Source: an uncultured Bdellovibrionales bacterium
GTDB taxonomy: Bacteria > Bdellovibrionota > Bdellovibrionia > Bdellovibrionales > UBA1609
Assembly: GCA_937936325.1 (NCBI GenBank)
Contig: CALGWV010000033.1
Coordinates: 1 to 53,286 of the forward strand
Reading direction: 5' to 3'
Length of the DNA stretch: 53,286 nt
Of the stretch, positions 47,681 to 53,286 are shown piece after piece; positions within the stretch are counted from its first letter, which is position 1, and every line of letters starts with the position of its first letter. Both the position numbers and the translations under genes were made by a program. The notes beneath the pieces were generated by a model that made no database searches, was not told the origin of the DNA, and saw only the letters and a list, made by a program, of their open reading frames with translations.

Positions 47681-48051
47681 AGTAGATTTTTCCTTATAGG
47701 GTAGACAGCACGCCTTTGAAAACCTAGGCGTTAAAAACAAGTCCTAAATTCTATTGAATATGGGTTAGGTTTTTAGGGACTGTTGAAGATGGGCAATAAC
47801 AAAAAAAAATTCAGTTCACGATAAAAAAGAATGCGTATAGGCCAAAACAAGTACCGGCTCAGTTTGGGGCGCACAGTTTATCTTCGCCTTTAGATTTTTT
47901 TTGCAGTGGACTTACCTATTTTCATCAGCCCCTCTATATTTCAACTCATTAATAATCTTCTCGCAAGTTATCGATGGCCCCATCTTAACAGTTGTTGCTC
48001 TGCCCTTCTTTAAACTAGACAATAGAGTCGTTTGAAGTTTCAATAAGCCTT

Positions 48052-49497
48052 GTGAAGTATATATATCTTTTATTTATTATTTTTGGACTCTTAGGATGTC
48101 AAAAATCCTCTAACTCTAATGTGATCACCATTGTCATGGACGCAGACCCTAAAAGTTTGAATCCAATAATCACGACAAGTAGTTTTGGCATGAAGCTGAG
48201 TGACTTACTTTATCAGGGTCTCAATAAAATTGGCCCCAATGGAGGCTACAAACTAGACTTAGCTCAAAAAATTAGTATTTCTAAATCTCGTTTGGAATTT
48301 AAAATTTCAACATCACACAATTTCTGGGATGGGTCGCCAGTCACTTGCTCGGATCTTTTATACTCTATTGAGAGTTTTCAAAAAAAACCTTCTCCCTTTA
48401 AAAATGCTTTCAAGGTGATTTCTAATGTAATTTGCACGAAAGATTCTCATCTTGTTTTAGGATTTGACATTTCAGTCAATATTGATAAGTTTTTAAGAAC
48501 AGATCTCCCCGTCTTAAAGATTATAAAAAAAGACACTTACCTCAATGACTTTCAAGAGCCCTTGCCTCTAGGTACTGGTTCGTTTCAAGTTCAATCTCTT
48601 TCTCATCAAAAAATTATATTTAAAAGAAAAGACGGACTCCTATTTAATTTTGAAATATTAAAAGATCCATTCATGAGGTATGTCAAAACTTATAAAGGTG
48701 ATATTGATATTGCAATTGGCTCACTTCCACTTAATAAAATTAAGTTTCTTAAAGAGCAAAAGCACCTTGATGTGATCACCTCCCCTAGCCTGAACACCAC
48801 CTATCTATTGTTGAATCAAAAAAATTCTTGGCTTCAATCTAAAAAAAATCGACAGTATTTAAATCAGATCATCGACACAAAACTTTTGATCCAATATCAT
48901 CTTTCAGGATATGCGATAAAGGCTCAGTCTTTTATGCCGCCCCTCTCAATATTCAGCCGAAGCTTTACACCACTTACTGAGATTAAAGAGGATATGGGCC
49001 AGATCCCCAGTCTTTCATTCAAAACATCTAATGCGAAATCGAGCCGAGAAAAAGGTCGACTTCTCAAAGATCAAATGAGATTAGCGGGAGTGCCCGTGCG
49101 CCTTCAAAGCTTTGAATGGGGAACTTATCTCAAAGATGTGAACAAAGGAAACTACGACCTGGCACTGTTAAAATGGGTTGGAGTTTTAGACCCAGATATT
49201 TACCGTATGGCTTATCACTCTGATGAAATTCCTCCAAAGGGCAGAAACAGAAGTTTTTATAACAATCCCACTTTAGACAAGCTCTTGGACAAAGGGCTAG
49301 CCACTTCAGAAAATGCCGAACGTAAGGAAATTTACAATCAGGTACAAAAATTAGTTTATGATGAAAGCATCAGCATCCCCTTGTGGCACGAAAGTCTCGT
49401 TACTGTAAAATCCAAACGAATTCTAAATTATGTTCCCGACTCTAGAGGGAGTTTCTTGCCCTTGAGAGACATTCAGCTCAGCTTACAAAAAGATTAA
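48052..49497 (+). CDS. ABC-transporter substrate-binding lipoprotein, family 5 (peptide/nickel type)
   Basis: Lipobox LLGC. Length and sequence features (…DADPKSLNPI…, …WGTYLKDVNKGNYDLALLKWVG…) are typical of DppA/OppA-like binding proteins. There are no adjacent permease or ATPase genes. Confidence 0.7.
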   Translation: MKYIYLLFIIFGLLGCQKSSNSNVITIVMDADPKSLNPIITTSSFGMKLSDLLYQGLNKIGPNGGYKLDLAQKISISKSRLEFKISTSHNFWDGSPVTCSDLLYSIESFQKKPSPFKNAFKVISNVICTKDSHLVLGFDISVNIDKFLRTDLPVLKIIKKDTYLNDFQEPLPLGTGSFQVQSLSHQKIIFKRKDGLLFNFEILKDPFMRYVKTYKGDIDIAIGSLPLNKIKFLKEQKHLDVITSPSLNTTYLLLNQKNSWLQSKKNRQYLNQIIDTKLLIQYHLSGYAIKAQSFMPPLSIFSRSFTPLTEIKEDMGQIPSLSFKTSNAKSSREKGRLLKDQMRLAGVPVRLQSFEWGTYLKDVNKGNYDLALLKWVGVLDPDIYRMAYHSDEIPPKGRNRSFYNNPTLDKLLDKGLATSENAERKEIYNQVQKLVYDESISIPLWHESLVTVKSKRILNYVPDSRGSFLPLRDIQLSLQKD

Positions 49498-49562
49498 GTA
49501 AACCCAAGACTTCAGACCTGAGCTCAAACTTAAAACTCTTAAGTCGGTGTATCATAAAGAAT

Positions 49563-50513
49563 ATGAAAAAAACTCTTTGGATTGTTCTTCCTTTATTTTT
49601 AGTCCTAATTATAGATCAAATCACTAAAAATATGGCGTTAAATCAACTCTTAATGCAAAGTCACGAATTTAAATATTGGGGGCTCAAGCTTATTCGTAAC
49701 CCTGGAATCATGTTTGGAACATGGGCGGATCTTCCCCCTATTTTAAGAGTGGTTTCATTAAGTACCCTTGGATCTTTTATCTTATTTATTTTTATCATCT
49801 GCCAACTACTATTAAGCAAAAATCTTTTCACCCTAAGGGTAGGAATGAGTCTTTTAGTTGGCGGAATTATGGGCAATGTGATTGATCGAATTTTATCTGG
49901 TTCTATTATTGATTTTGTTTATATTAAGATTGGGGGCTTTAGCTCACCCATTTTTAACCTTGCTGATGCATTCCAATGGGTTGGCTATGCTATTATTTGT
50001 TATTATCTTTTATTCAAATCTACTTTAATCTGGCCTGAAAATAACGCTAGAAAAAAAGTTTTGATCAATAAAAGTTACCAGCTCAGATACACTTCAATTA
50101 TCTTAGTGTTTTCATTTTTATTTTCAATCATTTTAGGTGTCTATTCCTATACGTACCTCAAAGTTTTATCTACTCAAATGCTCTTAAAAGGTTTTCCTGA
50201 AGGACAAAAATATATTCTGCCCTTCATGAGTATATATGCCATAGTCAGTTTGTTTTTCTTTATCTTAGCGGTCTTCTTGGCTATTCATCTTTCACACAGA
50301 TCTGCAGGGCCGGTACTCGCATTTGAGAACTATCTCAAACGCCTCAGCAAGGGTGAAGACTCTGAGTTTAAACTTAGAACTAATGATGAGTTTAAAGAAT
50401 TGGAGGAGATTGCCAGAGAGCTTCGAATCAAGTTTAAAGAAGCTCACAGTGTTAACCATGAACAGTCGGGTCAGATACTTAAAGCTTTAGAACCAAAAAA
50501 TAAGGCTAGCTAG
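49563..50513 (+). CDS. lspA: lipoprotein signal peptidase II (LspA) fused to a 2-TM + HAMP-like C-terminal module
   Basis: Residues 1-150 carry the LspA motifs (NPGIMFG, GNVIDR, FNLADA) over 4 TM helices. Residues about 170-240 add two TM helices. The segment then reads HRSAGPVLAFENYLKRLSKGEDSEFKLRTNDEFKELEEIARELRIKF, which fits the HAMP pattern (P…G-D…DE…L…F). Confidence 0.75.
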   Translation: MKKTLWIVLPLFLVLIIDQITKNMALNQLLMQSHEFKYWGLKLIRNPGIMFGTWADLPPILRVVSLSTLGSFILFIFIICQLLLSKNLFTLRVGMSLLVGGIMGNVIDRILSGSIIDFVYIKIGGFSSPIFNLADAFQWVGYAIICYYLLFKSTLIWPENNARKKVLINKSYQLRYTSIILVFSFLFSIILGVYSYTYLKVLSTQMLLKGFPEGQKYILPFMSIYAIVSLFFFILAVFLAIHLSHRSAGPVLAFENYLKRLSKGEDSEFKLRTNDEFKELEEIARELRIKFKEAHSVNHEQSGQILKALEPKNKAS

Positions 50514-50607
50514 CTAACAAGCCCCATACTATTAAGATACACCAGCATTCTTATAGGCTTGATTTACTCGCTTTTAAACAAGACAAGAAATTTAGGATGA
50601 TTATGGG

Positions 50608-52905
50608 CTAAGCATCAATCCAAAACAAACCCGACCATTTTACATTGAGATCACTTTTCCTGGGTTTCACAGCGGTTTTTAGTACCTCTATACTCTCTGG
50701 ATTAAGCTCCGACTTTATTGTTTCGATTTCAGACTTCATTTCTATTTCAAATTCAACAAGATCCTTTTCGTATTGCTCTAAAGACTCTTCAGCGTGGGCA
50801 ATATCTGCTTTCTCTTTGTAAGCCGTTGAAGCTCTTTTTAAACTTCCACCAATCTTATTTCCTAAGCTGCCTCGGCGCTTGGAACCAAATAAGTTTAAAA
50901 GGTCAGCACCAATAGTAAAAATAGTGTTGTTTCTTTTTTCTGCGAATTGGACTTCTTCTTTTTCCAATTTAATTTGTGCTTTTCTGATTTTTTCAGTGAG
51001 TGAGTCTATTTTTTTCTCTGAAGTCTCCGTAAGTTTTTTAATTTTTTCATCTCTTAACTCTCTGAGCTGATGTGCCAAACGCCCTCGGAAAGCCTCTTCA
51101 GTTTCTCCCACTTCGGATAACATCTTGAGCTCATCACATTTAAAGAGTTCTAATTCATAATTTTTATAAACTGCTAGCTTAAAACTTTTTTCCAGATCTT
51201 TATGAAACTTTTCTTGTTGCCAATCTAAGGGGACTTCTAAATGGTCCCCACTTTGCTCATCTAAAACAATTGCATCAGGTTCAAGGAAAAGTGTTTCAGC
51301 TTCATCAAGATACGCTGAGACTTCTACCCACTCATCTAGATCCATACGTTTATCCACGAAATGAGCTTCGATAACTTGTGCTGGAAGGGCGCGCCACTCT
51401 CCACTGCCTGTAAGCTCAATATATTTTGTGGAAATGTCCTCTGAAAGCGTAGGCGTCTCTTTGGTTTCGGTTTCTTGAGATGAGACTTTTTTCGTCACTT
51501 TCTCTTCAATTTTAAAAGGCTCCATTAAACTCTTAATTTGAGGTGAAGCTAAAGGACCCGCTAGGTATGAAAGAGCCCACCTTGTGTGAAATATTTGTGG
51601 TTTGTCTTCATGAACATTATGAAGCAAGAAGACTCGTTTATCTAATGAAGAGAGTACATCTTTTAAGTTCACATCCGGGCTGACTTGCTTTAGTCCATCC
51701 AACAGCCTTTTTTTATCTCGCTCTGTTTGTAGTCTCCCTACAAACCAAGTCCCTGTATTAGAAAGACCTTTATAATCAAGGTCCACTGGATTCTGAGTGG
51801 CGAGCAAAATCCCAACCCCATGAGCACGAGCTTGTTTTAGCAACGTCAGCATAATGTTTTTAGAAGGAGGGTTCCCTGATGGAGGAAAAAATCCAAATAT
51901 CTCATCCATATAAATTACGGCACGTAAGCTTGTCGTTCCTTTTTGTTTACGGGTCCAACCCAAAACTTCTGTCAATATTTGTGAAACAACAAATTGTCTT
52001 TCTGAGTCCTCCAGCTGGGATATATTGAAAATACTGACTTGAGGCTTACCGGATCCTCCAAACATGAATTTCTCAAAATCTGAAATGCTCTGCCCCGTGG
52101 TCCATTTTTTAAAAGAGGGTGAAGAGTAAAATGCGTTAAGTTTCATAGCCAAAGTGTTTCTTTGTTTGTCATTAAAGAAATCATCTAACAGCATCACACC
52201 CACTTCTTTAAATGGTGGGGATTGAACAGCTCTGATTAACTGAGCAAAATCTATATTTTTAGACTCAATCCAATAGTGATTCAGAATCTGAGTTAAAAAA
52301 GTATGGGTCGGTTGCCCAGCTTCTGTCTCTTTTGATTCAATAAGGCTTAATAAACTGCTCACTTGGGCTTCAAGCTTTTCATTCCAATGGGTTGAGTTTG
52401 GAGCTTCGCCCTTAGGGCTTGCCAGTGAACCTAAGAAAGAAACCGGAAGACCTGCATCGCCTCCAGGCGTATAAATCCTGTAATCAGCTTCGTTTTTGAG
52501 TTTGTGGATTCTCTCTGCGGATTGGTCCCAATCTACAATGCCTTTAGACCACAAGCTGGCTTTTTTTTCTGCAAGCTCATTGATATCTATTTTTTTTTGT
52601 TTAGCTTCGCTTTCATTGACCCAAGGCTTGAAACTTTTTGCGTCAAGATCCTCAAACTGTAAGAGCAAGTTCCCAAGATCTCCTTTGGGGTCAATAGCAA
52701 TGACAGGAATACCATCTAAAACGGCTTCTTCTAATAAAGAGATGCAAAGGCCCGTTTTTCCACTCCCCGTCATACCCACGCATATTCCGTGGGTCATCAG
52801 GTCTTTAGATTCATAGAGTACTTTAGAATTTTGAATTTCTGACTTTTCTAAATCGTAGTCTTTGCCTAAATAGAATGACCCTAGGTTTTCGTAAGTTGAG
52901 TCCAT
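50608..52905 (-). CDS. YjgR/DUF853-like (HerA/FtsK-superfamily) P-loop NTPase with a long coiled-coil C-terminal extension
   Basis: Walker A GMTGSGKTG followed by IPVIAIDPKGDLGNL. Walker B VIYMDEIF. HGVGILLATQNPVDLDYKGLSNTGTWFVGRLQTERDK parallels the E. coli YjgR segment KGVGVYFVTQNPLDLP…LGN…ALR as I recall it. The C-terminal ~280 aa are heptad-rich (…EKIRKAQIKLEKEEVQFAEK…). AGGAG precedes the ATG. Confidence 0.75.
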   Translation of the reverse strand: MDSTYENLGSFYLGKDYDLEKSEIQNSKVLYESKDLMTHGICVGMTGSGKTGLCISLLEEAVLDGIPVIAIDPKGDLGNLLLQFEDLDAKSFKPWVNESEAKQKKIDINELAEKKASLWSKGIVDWDQSAERIHKLKNEADYRIYTPGGDAGLPVSFLGSLASPKGEAPNSTHWNEKLEAQVSSLLSLIESKETEAGQPTHTFLTQILNHYWIESKNIDFAQLIRAVQSPPFKEVGVMLLDDFFNDKQRNTLAMKLNAFYSSPSFKKWTTGQSISDFEKFMFGGSGKPQVSIFNISQLEDSERQFVVSQILTEVLGWTRKQKGTTSLRAVIYMDEIFGFFPPSGNPPSKNIMLTLLKQARAHGVGILLATQNPVDLDYKGLSNTGTWFVGRLQTERDKKRLLDGLKQVSPDVNLKDVLSSLDKRVFLLHNVHEDKPQIFHTRWALSYLAGPLASPQIKSLMEPFKIEEKVTKKVSSQETETKETPTLSEDISTKYIELTGSGEWRALPAQVIEAHFVDKRMDLDEWVEVSAYLDEAETLFLEPDAIVLDEQSGDHLEVPLDWQQEKFHKDLEKSFKLAVYKNYELELFKCDELKMLSEVGETEEAFRGRLAHQLRELRDEKIKKLTETSEKKIDSLTEKIRKAQIKLEKEEVQFAEKRNNTIFTIGADLLNLFGSKRRGSLGNKIGGSLKRASTAYKEKADIAHAEESLEQYEKDLVEFEIEMKSEIETIKSELNPESIEVLKTAVKPRKSDLNVKWSGLFWIDA

Positions 52906-53207
52906 AACAGCTCCTGATTTTAAATTATATTAAGAGAGTGATTTTCTTTTAAGATTTAATCTTACATTTATAAGAACAAAGCCATCTTAGGCCGAAGAAC
53001 CTCTCATGGAACCTGCCTTGAGTATAAAATACCAAAGTACACAGTGCCGAGAGATTCAACGCTTTTTTATAAAGAAAAAGAATTATATTCTTAAATGAAG
53101 TCCACTATAAAGATGCAAATACCAGTAGTTTATTCTCGTATATAAATACAATCTGCACAAACTCAAAAGGGATTTGAATCAATGCCTAAGATTCAAATAA
53201 ATAATTT

Positions 53208-53286
53208 TTAGAATTTTCTGAGTTGTTTTTCGCCAAGCTGAACCAAAACTCTTAGTGCTTCTAGCTCACAGCTTAAATTAAGATGA
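53208..53286 (-). CDS. possible 3' end of a CDS entering from the right edge
   Basis: Only one - frame is open from the window edge (…HLNLSCELEALRVLVQLGEKQLRKF-stop, TAA at 53208-53210). Only 25 codons are visible, so support is weak. Confidence 0.2.
   Translation of the reverse strand, partial: HLNLSCELEALRVLVQLGEKQLRKF

Noticed and set aside
53006-53098. Small ORFs in long spacers: a 30-aa ORF (MEPALSIKYQSTQCREIQRFFIKKKNYILK) at 53006-53098, and 11-23-aa ORFs in 47741-48051.
   Set aside because: They have no ribosome-binding sites and no recognisable peptide family, and ORFs of this length are expected by chance in spacers.

Overview
AT-rich chromosomal segment from a diderm bacterium. 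My impression is a Bdellovibrio-like organism (Bdellovibrionota), but this is not verifiable from the sequence alone. I support about 50 CDS and one tmRNA gene (ssrA). I recognised no rRNA, tRNA, CRISPR array, transposase, integrase or phage genes, so the window looks like core chromosome, not a mobile island. Contents from left to right: a divergent UvrA-family gene abutting an MsbA-type ABC exporter; hppD-hmgA-ribD; ppk1-ppx; a sigma-54 enhancer-binding protein; oxyR; a Zn/Mn-type uptake operon (His-rich outer-membrane protein, binding protein, permease, DTW protein) with no ATPase; a run of small stress, metal and detoxification genes (DoxX-like, GNAT, XRE-cupin, VOC, HupE/UreJ, an exported KatG) ending at the 3' end of ssrA; RNase HI; prkA-yeaH-spoVR; a PhaR-like gene; an mreB operon without mreCD; glpD; a truncated dcw head (mraZ-rsmH-ftsL-ftsI); tdk-hpt; a PBP4/DacB peptidase; an orphan family-5 binding lipoprotein; an LspA-HAMP fusion; and a YjgR/HerA-like ATPase. 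I found no convincing complete novel multigene system. The best leads are: (1) the GC-rich motif CCCCACT(AG), present once per spacer on the same strand in four consecutive spacers; (2) a 177-bp long-armed imperfect inverted repeat downstream of spoVR; (3) the LspA-2TM-HAMP fusion; (4) mreB translationally coupled to a degenerate sigma-like / membrane-anchored pair; (5) the lone YjgR/HerA-like ATPase with a coiled-coil tail at the right edge; (6) a GC-rich, G9-containing structured spacer beside dacB. All homology calls come from motif recognition by eye, and no database search was run.
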